A DNA stretch of 64,000 nt from an uncultured Pelagibacteraceae bacterium (lineage in GTDB: Bacteria; Pseudomonadota; Alphaproteobacteria; Pelagibacterales; Pelagibacteraceae), in contig CACNXC010000006.1 of assembly GCA_902624315.1 (NCBI GenBank), positions 143 through 64,142 on the forward strand. Direction: 5' to 3'. The notes below the pieces were generated by a model. The model was not told where the DNA came from. It saw nothing but the letters and a program-made list of their open reading frames with translations, and made no database searches. Numbering within the stretch: the stretch's first letter is position 1; every line of letters begins with the position of its first letter. Below are positions 13,201 to 22,529 of this stretch, in pieces. A program made the position numbers and the translations under genes.

Positions 13201-14742
13201 TCTATATTTATCTGATAACACAGCAAGCGGTGTATCGTCTCCCATTGATCCTGTGGCTTCTTTAGCATCCTCAGCCATTGGATGTAAAATTAATTCTAGA
13301 TCTTCAAGACTTATTCCAAATGAGTATTGTCTTCGTCTCAAGGCCTCACCCTCAAAATTATTTTTCTCATTTGAAATTCGGAGTTTGTCATCCAAATCAA
13401 TAATCTGGGAATTAAAGTGTTTAAACTCTTTTGCTAAGTAGTCTTTAATGTCTTTATTTGAAAAAACTTTTCCTTTTTCAATTCTAACTCCAATAATTTC
13501 ACCAGGTCCTAACCGACCTTTAGAAATAATTTTTTTCTCATTGAGCTCAACCATTCCGGTTTCTGAACCTACAAAAAGTAATTTGTCTTTTGTGGTTGCA
13601 TATCTGAGTGGTCTCAATCCATTTCTGTCGTTAGCAGCTATGACCCACTCATTATCTGTGGCAGCAATTGCAGCTGGCCCATCCCAAGGCTCCATGGTGC
13701 TATTTAAAAAATTAAATAGTTGCTGATGATTTTTTGGAAGTGTTTTGTTTTTTTTAGACCATGCATCAGGAACTAGCATTAATTTTGCCAATGGTGCTGG
13801 TTTGCCAGCTTTATTTAATAATTCAAAAACATTGTCAAGTGCAGCTGAGTCGGAAACACCTTTTTGTATAACTGGTTTCAAATTTTCAACACTTTCAAAA
13901 AGCGGGCTGCTCATTTCTTGCTCGTGAACTTTCATCCAATTTTTATTTCCTTTGTATGTATTTATTTCACCATTATGTGCAATTGCTCTAAAGGGTTGTG
14001 CTAAACTCCAGCTTGGTGCCGTATTAGTGGAAAACCTCTGATGAAAAATTGCATATCTTGATATAAATCTTTCATCTTTAAGATCTAGGTAAAAATCTGA
14101 TATTGCTTCAGCTAAATATAAACCTTTATAAATAATTGACTTAGAGCTAATAGAACAAATATAAAAATTATTTAAAGATAATTGAAATGCTTTATTTTCA
14201 ATTTTTTTTCTAGTTTCATAAATCTTTCTCTCTAATTCTTTATCAAGTAAGTTCTTATCATTTGATTTGAATAAAACTTGCATAATTTCTGGCATCGTTT
14301 GAAATGCTTTTTCTCCCAATATCTTTGGGTTAACTGGAACCTGTCTCCAGCCATAAATACTAAAATCATTCTTTGTTAACTCGCTTTCAACAATAGTTTT
14401 GCAACTTTCTTGAGCTGAATAATCGTTTCTTGGAAGAAAAATCATACCTACACATATTTCTGATTTGTCATAAATGTGACCAGTAACCTCTATTTTTTCT
14501 ATAAAAAAATCTTTTGGTATCTCTAGATGTATTCCAGCACCATCTCCTGTTTTTCCATCAGCGTCAACAGCTCCACGATGCCATACAGCTTTCAAAGCTT
14601 CTATGCCATGCTGAACTACAATTCTTGATTTTTTTCCCTCTGTTGAAACTATAGCGCCAACACCACAAGCATCATGTTCCATTTCCTTGGAATAAACATA
14701 ACTTTTTTCCAAAAGATCTAAATTTTTATGATAATTTTCCAT
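10237..14742 (-). CDS. gltB: Glutamate synthase large subunit
   Basis: 1501 aa with an N-terminal Ntn amidotransferase Cys (HDACGVGAIV), a central FMN/3Fe-4S domain and a C-terminal GXGXG domain. Confidence 0.96.
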   Translation of the reverse strand: MENYHKNLDLLEKSYVYSKEMEHDACGVGAIVSTEGKKSRIVVQHGIEALKAVWHRGAVDADGKTGDGAGIHLEIPKDFFIEKIEVTGHIYDKSEICVGMIFLPRNDYSAQESCKTIVESELTKNDFSIYGWRQVPVNPKILGEKAFQTMPEIMQVLFKSNDKNLLDKELERKIYETRKKIENKAFQLSLNNFYICSISSKSIIYKGLYLAEAISDFYLDLKDERFISRYAIFHQRFSTNTAPSWSLAQPFRAIAHNGEINTYKGNKNWMKVHEQEMSSPLFESVENLKPVIQKGVSDSAALDNVFELLNKAGKPAPLAKLMLVPDAWSKKNKTLPKNHQQLFNFLNSTMEPWDGPAAIAATDNEWVIAANDRNGLRPLRYATTKDKLLFVGSETGMVELNEKKIISKGRLGPGEIIGVRIEKGKVFSNKDIKDYLAKEFKHFNSQIIDLDDKLRISNEKNNFEGEALRRRQYSFGISLEDLELILHPMAEDAKEATGSMGDDTPLAVLSDKYRPLYHFFRQNFSQVTNPPIDSLRENKVMSLKTRFGNLGNILDFDTLTKENIYVLNSPILSNSQFNKFINFFGKNSLLIDCTFTKQENLLLAIKKIEKEAEIAVRQGVTQLILSDKNLSEDRLPVPMLLCVGAINTYLINKKLRGYVSINVQSGEALDTHSFATLIGVGATTVNPYLAFDSLYNRHEKKLFGQYSFDDCVERYIKSVNAGLLKIMSKMGISVLSSYRGGCNFETVGLSRSIVNDYFPGVVSKISGIGLSGIEKKIRQIHKEAFESSETVLPIGGIYRYRKNGETHQYQGRLIHLLQSAVGTNSYNAYKKYAEGIYNLPPINLRDLIDFRKKKLGPSIDLKDVEPIQNILKRFGSGSMSHGALSKEAHETLAMGMNRIKGASCSGEGGEAEERFKIMENGDSANSRVKQIASARFGVTINYLNNCNEIEIKIAQGAKPGEGGQLPGFKVTKEIAKLRHSTPGVTLISPPPHHDIYSIEDLAQLIYDLKQVNPKARIGVKLVASSGVGTIAAGVAKAEADIILISGHNGGTGATPQTSVKYVGIPWEMGLTEANQVLTLNNLRHKVTLRTDGGIKTGRDVVIAAMMGAEEYGVATTALVAMGCIMVRQCHSNTCPVGVCTQDEKLREKFTGTPDKIVNLFTFIATEVREILAELGFRSLNEIIGRTDLLMQVSKASPNLDDLDLNPLFVQADPGNNKRYCEKSEINKVPDTLDQEIWPQIEKALDNSKKIENEFSIKNTNRAVGTRISHHLYKKYGYEKLEENFLTLSFKGSAGQSFGAFTAKGLKLNLKGDANDYVGKGLSGATISIKLADESNLTSNENTIIGNTVLYGATSGKLFAAGQAGDRFAVRNSGATTVVEGCDSNGCEYMTGGTVVILGDVGDNFAAGMTGGMAFIYDKSKEFEKKVNQDSVVWQNIETEHWIKFLKELITEHSIETGSYLSKKIIDNFDNELQHFIQVCPKEMINKLKNPITLKTKVQKVS

Positions 14743-16181
14743 TAAGCAACTTTTGATTTTTTTATTTCTATTTCTTCTAAGTATTTTTTCATTGCTACAG
14801 CAGCATCTCTTCCATCTTTAATAGCCCAAACCACTAGAGAGGCTCCTCTTACAATATCGCCCGCTGCAAATACGCCTTTAAGATTTGTTTCCATTGTATC
14901 AAAGTCTGTTTTTATAGTTCCCCACTTGGTTACTTGAAGTTCTTTAGAATCAAATAAATGTGGTAAATTTTCTGGATCAAATCCAAGAGCTTTGATTACC
15001 ATATCTGCTTTGATTTCATACTCTGAGCCAGCTTTTATCTCAGGTTTTCTTCTTCCTGTTTCATCTGGTTCACCTAGTTGGATTTGATCAACTACTAAGC
15101 TTTCAATTTTGTTTTTTCCATTAAATTTTTTAGGGCTGGATAACCAAACAAATTCTACTCCTTCTTCTTCAGCATTAGCTACTTCTCTTGACGATCCTGG
15201 CATATTTTCTTTATCTCTTCTATACAAGCATTTGACTGATTTCGCTTTTTGCCTAACTGATGTTCTCACACAATCCATTGCGGTATCTCCTCCACCAATT
15301 ACAACTACATTTTTACCCTCTGCGTTTAAAATGCCTTTATCAAATAGCTCAACTTTATCACCAAGTCCTTTTTTATTAGAGGCAATTAAAAAATCCATAG
15401 CAGGAAAAATATTTTCTAAATCATTACCAGGTAAATCAATTTCTCTTGGTTTGTAGACTCCAGTAGCAATCAAAATTGCATCGTGTTTTTTTCTTAGTTG
15501 TTCTAGGGTGGCATTTTTTCCAACTTCAAAATTTTGTTGAAATTTAATACCACCATCCTGTAATAACTTTGTTCGTCTCTCGACTACATGCTTTTCTAAT
15601 TTAAAATTTGGAATTCCATAAATTAATAAACCTCCCGCTCTATCATATCTGTCATAAACTGTTATTTGATATCCATCTTTTCTTAATTGTTCGGCAGCTG
15701 CTAGTCCTGCGGGACCCGCACCAATTATTCCTACGCTCTGGTTTCTCTCATTTTTTAATGTTATGGGTTTTACCCAGCCATTCTCCCAGGCACTATCTGT
15801 AATATATTTTTCAACAGAACCGATTGTTACTGTGCCATGACCAGATTGTTCAATTACACAATTACCTTCACACAATCTATCTTGTGGGCATATTCTGCCA
15901 CAAACTTCTGGCATATTATTAGTACTTTGAGATAATTCGTATGCCTCTTTAAGTCTACCCTCAGCTGTTAATTTTAACCAATCAGGTATGTTATTGCTTA
16001 AAGGGCAATGAACCTGACAGAATGGAACACCACATTGAGAACATCTGCTAGATTGTTCTTGAGCTTTCTGCGTTATAAACTCATCGTAAATTTCATTAAA
16101 ATCATCTTTTCTGTTATCAACTCTCCTTTTAGGCGGAGTTTGTTGACCTATTTTGACAAATTTTAACATTTTATCAGTCAT
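14742..16181 (-). CDS. gltD: Glutamate synthase small (NADPH) subunit
   Basis: 479 aa with Cys clusters for Fe-S (CSQCGVPFCQVHCP) and the dinucleotide fold GIIGAGPAGLAAA. It overlaps gltB by 1 nt, and the gene order is gltD then gltB. Confidence 0.95.
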   Translation of the reverse strand: MTDKMLKFVKIGQQTPPKRRVDNRKDDFNEIYDEFITQKAQEQSSRCSQCGVPFCQVHCPLSNNIPDWLKLTAEGRLKEAYELSQSTNNMPEVCGRICPQDRLCEGNCVIEQSGHGTVTIGSVEKYITDSAWENGWVKPITLKNERNQSVGIIGAGPAGLAAAEQLRKDGYQITVYDRYDRAGGLLIYGIPNFKLEKHVVERRTKLLQDGGIKFQQNFEVGKNATLEQLRKKHDAILIATGVYKPREIDLPGNDLENIFPAMDFLIASNKKGLGDKVELFDKGILNAEGKNVVVIGGGDTAMDCVRTSVRQKAKSVKCLYRRDKENMPGSSREVANAEEEGVEFVWLSSPKKFNGKNKIESLVVDQIQLGEPDETGRRKPEIKAGSEYEIKADMVIKALGFDPENLPHLFDSKELQVTKWGTIKTDFDTMETNLKGVFAAGDIVRGASLVVWAIKDGRDAAVAMKKYLEEIEIKKSKVA

Positions 16182-16364
16182 AATTTTTTAAAATTTTAGG
16201 CAAAATATACATTGTTTTTGTTAGTAAAAGAAATATTTAGGTCAATGTTTATTACCTAATTATATCAATATTTAGCTTTAAATCTAATTATTTTAATTTT
16301 TGCATATCTATTATGATTAAATCGAATTCTTTGAAATGCGTATTTTTTAAGTTACCACAACAAT

Positions 16365-17132
16365 ATGTTACGGGATTTTATAGAAATTTTGATTCTTTCC
16401 GCAGTTCAAGGAATCTCTGAATTTTTGCCAATTAGCTCATCAGCTCATTTGATATTGGTATCAAATTTTCATGATTTTAAAACAAGCTCTCTTTTATTAG
16501 ATATTAGTCTTCATTTAGGTTCGTTATTTGCAATAATATTCTACTTTAAAAAAGATCTATTTGATCTAAAAAACAATCATAAATTACTAAGTTTAATAAT
16601 TATTGGTTCTCTACCTCTAATTGTTTTTGGATATTTAATATATACTTCCGATTTAATTTACCTTTTGAGAAATGCAAAAGTAATCGCCTCAACTACTTTA
16701 TTTTTTGGAGTTATTCTTTTTTTCGCTGATCGGAGAAAAACTAACAAAAATATATCTTTAGACCTAAATATCAGATCGATTATAATTATAGGTATATTTC
16801 AAATCTTAGCTCTTATACCAGGGGTCAGTAGAGCTGGAATAACAATTACTGCAGCAAGATTTTTAAATTTTAATAGAGTTGACTCAACAAAAATTTCTTT
16901 TTTAATGTCTATACCTGCTTTGGCAGGTGCAAGTTTTCTGGGTTTAAAAGATGTATCTCAACAATCTATAGAAATTAATTATCTATTGATAATTAGTATT
17001 TTTTTTTCATTTATATTTTCTTTCATAACAATTAGATATTTTTTAAAATTCATTAGCAAAATTTCTTTTAACGTTTTTGTGGTATATAGAATTATGATCG
17101 CGTTAATTTTATTCTTGATAATATATTATTAG
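16365..17132 (+). CDS. uppP: Undecaprenyl-diphosphatase
   Basis: 255-aa polytopic membrane protein with BacA/UppP motifs (EFLPISSSAHL, PGVSRAGITITAA). Confidence 0.9.
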   Translation: MLRDFIEILILSAVQGISEFLPISSSAHLILVSNFHDFKTSSLLLDISLHLGSLFAIIFYFKKDLFDLKNNHKLLSLIIIGSLPLIVFGYLIYTSDLIYLLRNAKVIASTTLFFGVILFFADRRKTNKNISLDLNIRSIIIIGIFQILALIPGVSRAGITITAARFLNFNRVDSTKISFLMSIPALAGASFLGLKDVSQQSIEINYLLIISIFFSFIFSFITIRYFLKFISKISFNVFVVYRIMIALILFLIIYY

Positions 17133-18016
17133 GATTTTTTAATTAAAGGTACTAATTGAGACAATAAAACCCCACTTAATATGAAAGCACAACCAATTAA
17201 ATTATTTATTCCTAATATTTGACTTAAAAGAAACCAAGCAGCAATTGTAGCAAATACACCCTCTAAAGAAAAAATAATTGCTGCTGGAGCTGGTGTGATA
17301 TTTTTTTGAGCATAAATTTGTAAAACAAAAGCGAAACCACCTGATAGAATGCCTGCATATAAGATTGAATCAATTTCATTTAAGATATTTTCAATTACAA
17401 ATTCTTCGTATAATAATCCAATCAAAAATGAAAATAATGCAACCAGAAAAGTTTGAATTGCCCCAATAGTTAATGGTAAATTATATTTTTTAACAATCAT
17501 ACCAGTAAAAATAATATGAGTACTCCAAAATAAAGCTCCTAATATTACGAGTGCATCCCCTAATCTAACGATTGCGTCGTAAAAATCTGTCAAAAGATAT
17601 CCTCCAGTCAAACATAAGATTACTGATGGCCATACGCTCCAATGGAGTGAGTCTTTTTTAAAAAAGAAAATTATTATAGGGACCATGGGTACATAAAAAA
17701 TTGTGAAAAAAGCAGCATTAGCAACATCAGTGTAAAGAAGAGCAACTTGTTGTAATGCTGAGCCTAAAAATAATGACAACCCAATTAAAAAAGACAAAAC
17801 TAAAAATGTTTTAATATCAAATCTGAACTCTTGCTTAAATTTTTTAGCTTCAAATATCAATACAAGAGGAATTATTGCTAAAAATCCAATAAAAAATCGT
17901 ACTGAATTAAAAGTAAAAGGACCTATATCATCCATCCCTGTATCTTGAGCTATAAATGTGGTGCCCCAAATAAATGTACATAATAGTGCGCTGAATAATG
18001 AGAGGGTTTTTGACAT
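17129..18016 (-). CDS. EamA/DMT-family transporter
   Basis: 295 aa with about 10 predicted TM helices and a duplicated EamA-like architecture. Substrate is unknown. Confidence 0.75.
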   Translation of the reverse strand: MSKTLSLFSALLCTFIWGTTFIAQDTGMDDIGPFTFNSVRFFIGFLAIIPLVLIFEAKKFKQEFRFDIKTFLVLSFLIGLSLFLGSALQQVALLYTDVANAAFFTIFYVPMVPIIIFFFKKDSLHWSVWPSVILCLTGGYLLTDFYDAIVRLGDALVILGALFWSTHIIFTGMIVKKYNLPLTIGAIQTFLVALFSFLIGLLYEEFVIENILNEIDSILYAGILSGGFAFVLQIYAQKNITPAPAAIIFSLEGVFATIAAWFLLSQILGINNLIGCAFILSGVLLSQLVPLIKKS

Positions 18017-18020
18017 TTTT

Positions 18021-19283
18021 TTATACAGCTAATTTATAAGCAAAATTTTTTCCTAAATTTTCTTTTAAGTCATTATTGAAACGAGCTGCTTCAGCGCCAT
18101 CAATTATTCTATGATCATAGGAAAGAGATAAAGGTAACATTGTCCTTGTAATAAATTTTCCATTAATAAAGATTTGTTTTTTTTGAGATTTACCAATACC
18201 TAAAATAGCAACTTCAGGATAATTAATAATTGGTGTGAAAAAAGAACCTCCTATTCCTCCAAGACTGGTTATTGTCATAGAACCACCAAACAACTCCTTT
18301 TTATCAATTTTAAGATTTCGACACTGCTCACTCAATCTCTTAAGTTCTGAACCGATAAGAGATATATTTTTATTATCAGCGTTTCTAAGTTTTGGAACCA
18401 TAAGACCATGTTTTGTATCTACAGCTATTCCGATATGATAATATTTTTTTAAGGTCATTTTTCCTTTATCAATTTCATCTATTGAACAATTAAAATTAGG
18501 AAATTTTTTAAGAGATGTAGTTAATGCTTTTACAATAAAAGCTAAGGGAGTAATTTTTTTTTTTTCACCTGTATATATGTCAGTGAGAGAGGATCTAAAT
18601 TCCTCTAATTCAGTTATATCTGCCTCATCGTGGTTTGTTACATGAGGAATATTTGTCCATGAATTCATAAGATATTTAGATGATAGTCGCTTTACTCTTG
18701 GGATATCTTTTAATTCAACTTCTCCAAATTCAGAATGGTGATATTCTTGTGCAATAGTCTCGTCTTTTTTAATCTCTTTTTTATCACTTTTGTTGGATTG
18801 AGTAGCAATAAATAGCTTTATATCGCTCTCAGTTACCCTACCTTCTCTTTCACTGCCATCAACTTTGGCAATATCTATACCTAGCTCTCTTGCAAATTTT
18901 CTTGCTTTTGGTGATGCTAATGTTTTTGTGGAAAAGTCTTTGACGATAACATTTTTTTGCCTTACGCTTGTTTTAATTTCTACTTTTTCCTCTTTTATTT
19001 CCCTTTTTTTTGGTAATTGAGGTTCTTCAGTCTCTTCTTGATTTTCTTTTACATCAATTTCTAAAATTTTATCTCCCTCTGAAACCTTATCCCCAATTTT
19101 TATATCTAACCCTGTGATAATTCCATCATCTAAAGATGGTATCTCAACACTAGATTTATCGCTTTCAATTGTGATCAGTGGATCATTTTTTTTAATTTCT
19201 TGACCTTTTTTTACTAAGATTTCAATTATTTCTACATCTTTAAAATCACCAATATTTGGAACTTTTATATCTTTTTTGGACAT
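18021..19283 (-). CDS. aceF: Pyruvate dehydrogenase E2 (dihydrolipoamide acetyltransferase), single lipoyl domain
   Basis: It has a lipoyl domain (TIESDKSSVEIP), a peripheral subunit-binding domain (ASPKARKFARELGIDI) and a catalytic domain (DHRIIDGAEAARF). I place the start at ATG 19283-19281 (MSKKDIKVPNIGDF), 1 nt after the E1 stop. The track's 26-aa extension lies inside E1. Confidence 0.92.
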   Translation of the reverse strand: MSKKDIKVPNIGDFKDVEIIEILVKKGQEIKKNDPLITIESDKSSVEIPSLDDGIITGLDIKIGDKVSEGDKILEIDVKENQEETEEPQLPKKREIKEEKVEIKTSVRQKNVIVKDFSTKTLASPKARKFARELGIDIAKVDGSEREGRVTESDIKLFIATQSNKSDKKEIKKDETIAQEYHHSEFGEVELKDIPRVKRLSSKYLMNSWTNIPHVTNHDEADITELEEFRSSLTDIYTGEKKKITPLAFIVKALTTSLKKFPNFNCSIDEIDKGKMTLKKYYHIGIAVDTKHGLMVPKLRNADNKNISLIGSELKRLSEQCRNLKIDKKELFGGSMTITSLGGIGGSFFTPIINYPEVAILGIGKSQKKQIFINGKFITRTMLPLSLSYDHRIIDGAEAARFNNDLKENLGKNFAYKLAV

Positions 19284-19284
19284 T

Positions 19285-22200
19285 CTATAATTTTGTTGGC
19301 ATAGGTTTATCAATATCAATCTTATACTTTTTGATTGCTTCTTTTGCATATTTTGATGCAATAAGCTGTTCCTTAGCTAAAATACTCAACCCATATGTTG
19401 TGATATGTTCCTTATCAACTTCAAAAAATTTTCTTAATTTCTTTCTTGTATCACTTCGACCAAATCCATCCGTCCCTAATGAATAAAAACTTTTATTTAC
19501 ATATGGTCTAATCTGATCAGAATTCATTCTCATATAATCAGAAGCTGCTAAAATTGGTCCTTCAGTATTACCCAAACATTTTTCTACATAGCTTTTTTTT
19601 GGCTCTTTATCAGGATTTAGAAGATTGTATCGCTCTACCTCAAGTCCATCCCTTCTTAATTCATTAAAGCTTGTTACACTCCAAATCTCACTATCGATTT
19701 GATACTCATTTTGTAATATTTCTGCACCAGCTATCATTTCTCTTAAGATTGTGCCAGATCCAAGAAATTGAATTTTAGTTTTTTTATACTTGTTAAACTC
19801 CTTTATTTTATACATTCCTTTTAAAATACCATCCTCACATGATTTATCTTTTGGCATTTCTGGATGAGGATAATTTTCATTCATGGTTGTAATATAATAA
19901 AAAATGTTTTCTTTTTTCTCATGCATTCTTCTTAAACCTTCTCGAAAAATGACTGCAAGCTCATAGTGAAATGTTGGATCATAAGATCTGCAATTAGGAA
20001 TAGTTGAGGCCATTAAATGGCTATGACCATCTTGATGTTGTAAACCTTCCCCAGCAAGAGTTGTTCTTCCAGCGGTTGCTCCGATCAAAAACCCTCTTGA
20101 CTGGCTATCAGCACCCGCCCAAGCAAAATCACCAATTCTCTGAAAGCCAAACATTGAGTAAAAAAGATAAATTGGGATCATTTCTATATCATGGTTTGTA
20201 TATGAAGTACCTGCAGCGATCCAAGATGACATCGCTCCAGCTTCGTTAATTCCTTCCTCTAAAACTTGACCACTCTTTTCCTCTTTATACGAACTTAATT
20301 GAGCAGAATCTTCTGGCTCATATTTTTGACCTTCATGAGCATAAATTCCTATTTTTTGAAAAAAACCCTCCATTCCGAATGTTCTAGCCTCATCAGGAAT
20401 GATTGGAACCAGTCTTGGTGCAACATTTTTATCTCTCAAAAGGTTTGTTAACATTCTGACCAATGCCATTGTGGTCGACATTTCTTTTTCACCTGTAGAA
20501 ACTTTCATATTATCGAAAATATCTTTTGGTGGTGCTTTAACAGGTTTCGCGTAAGATGTTCTTTCAGGAATAAAACCACCCAGTTGAATTCGTCTTTCAT
20601 TTATGTATTTAATCTCTGGAGAATTTTGATCAGGCTTGTAGTATTCAATATTCTTAACTTGTTGATCTGTTAATGGAACATCAAACCTATCCCTGTAATA
20701 CATTAAGTCGTCGATATCTAACTTCTTAGTCTGGTGAGTTGTATTTACACTTTCACCACTTTTGCCCATTCCATAACCCTTAATAGTTTTTGCAATTACA
20801 ACTGTAGGACTTCCAACGTTTTTAGATGCTTTATCATAAGCTGCAAAAACTTTATGAGGATCATGACCACCTCTGTTCAACCGCCAAATATCTTTGTCTG
20901 AAAGACTGGAAACCAGCTCTTTAGTCTCTAAATATTTTCCAAAAAATTTTTCTCTCACATACGCACCATCTCTTGCTTTCATTGCTTGATACTCGCCATC
21001 GACTGTCTCATTCATTGTTTTAATTAAATGACCTGTTTTATCATTGGCAAGCAATGGATCCCAATAAGAGCCCCAAATAACTTTTATAACATTCCATCCT
21101 GCGCCTCTAAAAATTCCCTCTAATTCCTGAATTATCTTTCCGTTTCCACGAACTGGTCCGTCTAGTCTTTGAAGATTACAATTTACAACAAATATTAAGT
21201 TATCCAATTTTTCTCTTGCGGCTAAACCAATCGCGCCTAAAGATTCCGGTTCATCCATTTCTCCGTCACCTAAAAATGCCCAAACTTTTCTCCCTTCATC
21301 TTTAATGAGGCCTCTATTGATTAAGTACTTCATGAATCTTGCTTGATAAATTGCAAGCATTGGACCTAATCCCATGGACACTGTTGGAAATTGCCAAAAA
21401 TTCGGCATTAGCCAAGGATGAGGATATGAAGAAAGACCACCAGGATTTACTTCTTGTCTAAAACTATCTAATTGTTTTTCGTTAAGTCTACCTTCCAGAT
21501 AAGCTCTAGCGTACATACCTGGAGCGCTATGACCTTGAAAATAAATTAAATCTCCGCCAAATTTATTATTTTTAGCTCTCCAAAAATGATTCATACCAAC
21601 ATCGTAAAGAGTTGCAGCAGATGCAAAAGTTCCAATATGCCCTCCAAGTTCTGGGAATTTTTTATTTGCTCTAACTACCATTGCGGCAGCATTCCATCTA
21701 ATTAAAGATCTAATTCTTCTCTCTATGTTTTGATCTCCATTAGATTTTTTTTCCTCGTTAACTGGTATAGTGTTTATATAAGGAGTGTTTTGCGTATAGG
21801 GTATATTGGCACCCTCCATATAAGCTTTGTTAATAAGTTCTTTAATTAAATAATGTGCCCTCTGATTTCCGTCTTTTTCTATTACTGCTGACAAAGACTC
21901 TAGCCATTCACTTGTTTCTAGTGGATCGATATCCCCTTCTTTAACTACTTGGATTATTTTTGGTTTTTCGGTCTCAATTATTTTTTGTGGAATATTTTGG
22001 TCCTGATGTTTTCTTAAAGTACTCTCAGCTTCTTGAATTAAATTTTCAGTTTCTTTTGGAACACTTTCTTTTTGAGATAATGATTGGTTTGAAGAAATAT
22101 TTATTAATAGATCTCCCTTTGAAACCTTATCTCCAACTTTAACATTTACAGACTCGACTTTGCCAGAAAATATTGATGGTATTTCAACACTCGATTTATC

Positions 22201-22320
22201 ACTTTCAATAGTAACAACAGGATCATTTTTTTTAATATCTTGACCCTCTTTTACTAAAATTTCTATAACTTCCACGTTCTCAAAATCACCTATGTCAGGA
22301 ACTAACAATTTTTCAGTCAT
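19285..22320 (-). CDS. aceE: Pyruvate dehydrogenase E1 (homodimeric AceE type) with N-terminal lipoyl domain
   Basis: 1011 aa. Residues from about 125 onward align with the AceE pattern (DPLETSEWLESLSAVIEKDG ... YINTIP ... ERRIRSLIRWNAAAMV ... GGHIGTFASAATLYDVGMNHFW). Residues 1-75 form a lipoyl/biotinyl-attachment domain (TIESDKSSVEIP). Confidence 0.93.
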   Translation of the reverse strand: MTEKLLVPDIGDFENVEVIEILVKEGQDIKKNDPVVTIESDKSSVEIPSIFSGKVESVNVKVGDKVSKGDLLINISSNQSLSQKESVPKETENLIQEAESTLRKHQDQNIPQKIIETEKPKIIQVVKEGDIDPLETSEWLESLSAVIEKDGNQRAHYLIKELINKAYMEGANIPYTQNTPYINTIPVNEEKKSNGDQNIERRIRSLIRWNAAAMVVRANKKFPELGGHIGTFASAATLYDVGMNHFWRAKNNKFGGDLIYFQGHSAPGMYARAYLEGRLNEKQLDSFRQEVNPGGLSSYPHPWLMPNFWQFPTVSMGLGPMLAIYQARFMKYLINRGLIKDEGRKVWAFLGDGEMDEPESLGAIGLAAREKLDNLIFVVNCNLQRLDGPVRGNGKIIQELEGIFRGAGWNVIKVIWGSYWDPLLANDKTGHLIKTMNETVDGEYQAMKARDGAYVREKFFGKYLETKELVSSLSDKDIWRLNRGGHDPHKVFAAYDKASKNVGSPTVVIAKTIKGYGMGKSGESVNTTHQTKKLDIDDLMYYRDRFDVPLTDQQVKNIEYYKPDQNSPEIKYINERRIQLGGFIPERTSYAKPVKAPPKDIFDNMKVSTGEKEMSTTMALVRMLTNLLRDKNVAPRLVPIIPDEARTFGMEGFFQKIGIYAHEGQKYEPEDSAQLSSYKEEKSGQVLEEGINEAGAMSSWIAAGTSYTNHDIEMIPIYLFYSMFGFQRIGDFAWAGADSQSRGFLIGATAGRTTLAGEGLQHQDGHSHLMASTIPNCRSYDPTFHYELAVIFREGLRRMHEKKENIFYYITTMNENYPHPEMPKDKSCEDGILKGMYKIKEFNKYKKTKIQFLGSGTILREMIAGAEILQNEYQIDSEIWSVTSFNELRRDGLEVERYNLLNPDKEPKKSYVEKCLGNTEGPILAASDYMRMNSDQIRPYVNKSFYSLGTDGFGRSDTRKKLRKFFEVDKEHITTYGLSILAKEQLIASKYAKEAIKKYKIDIDKPMPTKL

Positions 22321-22529
22321 TTTTAAAAATTTTATACATAAAAAAAATTTACTTAATCTTTAATTTTAACACATTCTATCCAATTTTTTGACACTCTTTA
22401 TTGAAATACTCAAATAATGATTAAAAAGTTATTAAATATATTTATTCAACCAAAATTCAACACATATAAAGATGCTAATGTGTGGATCCAAAAAATCTTG
22501 TTAGAGGAAAAATACGGAAAAATTAATTC

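Noticed and set aside
16182-16364. gltD/uppP divergent spacer examined for a riboswitch or structured RNA. The 24385-24552 spacer was examined for the same.
   Set aside because: Both are AT-rich with only short, weak inverted repeats. I could not fold a convincing conserved-looking structure by eye.
19284-19361. N-terminal extension of the E2 ORF in the track. Analogous extensions occur for thiolase (23706-23762), fabA (50549-50722) and nusA (59799-59837).
   Set aside because: The extensions overlap the preceding gene or a terminator hairpin. In each case an internal ATG yields the canonical family N-terminus.
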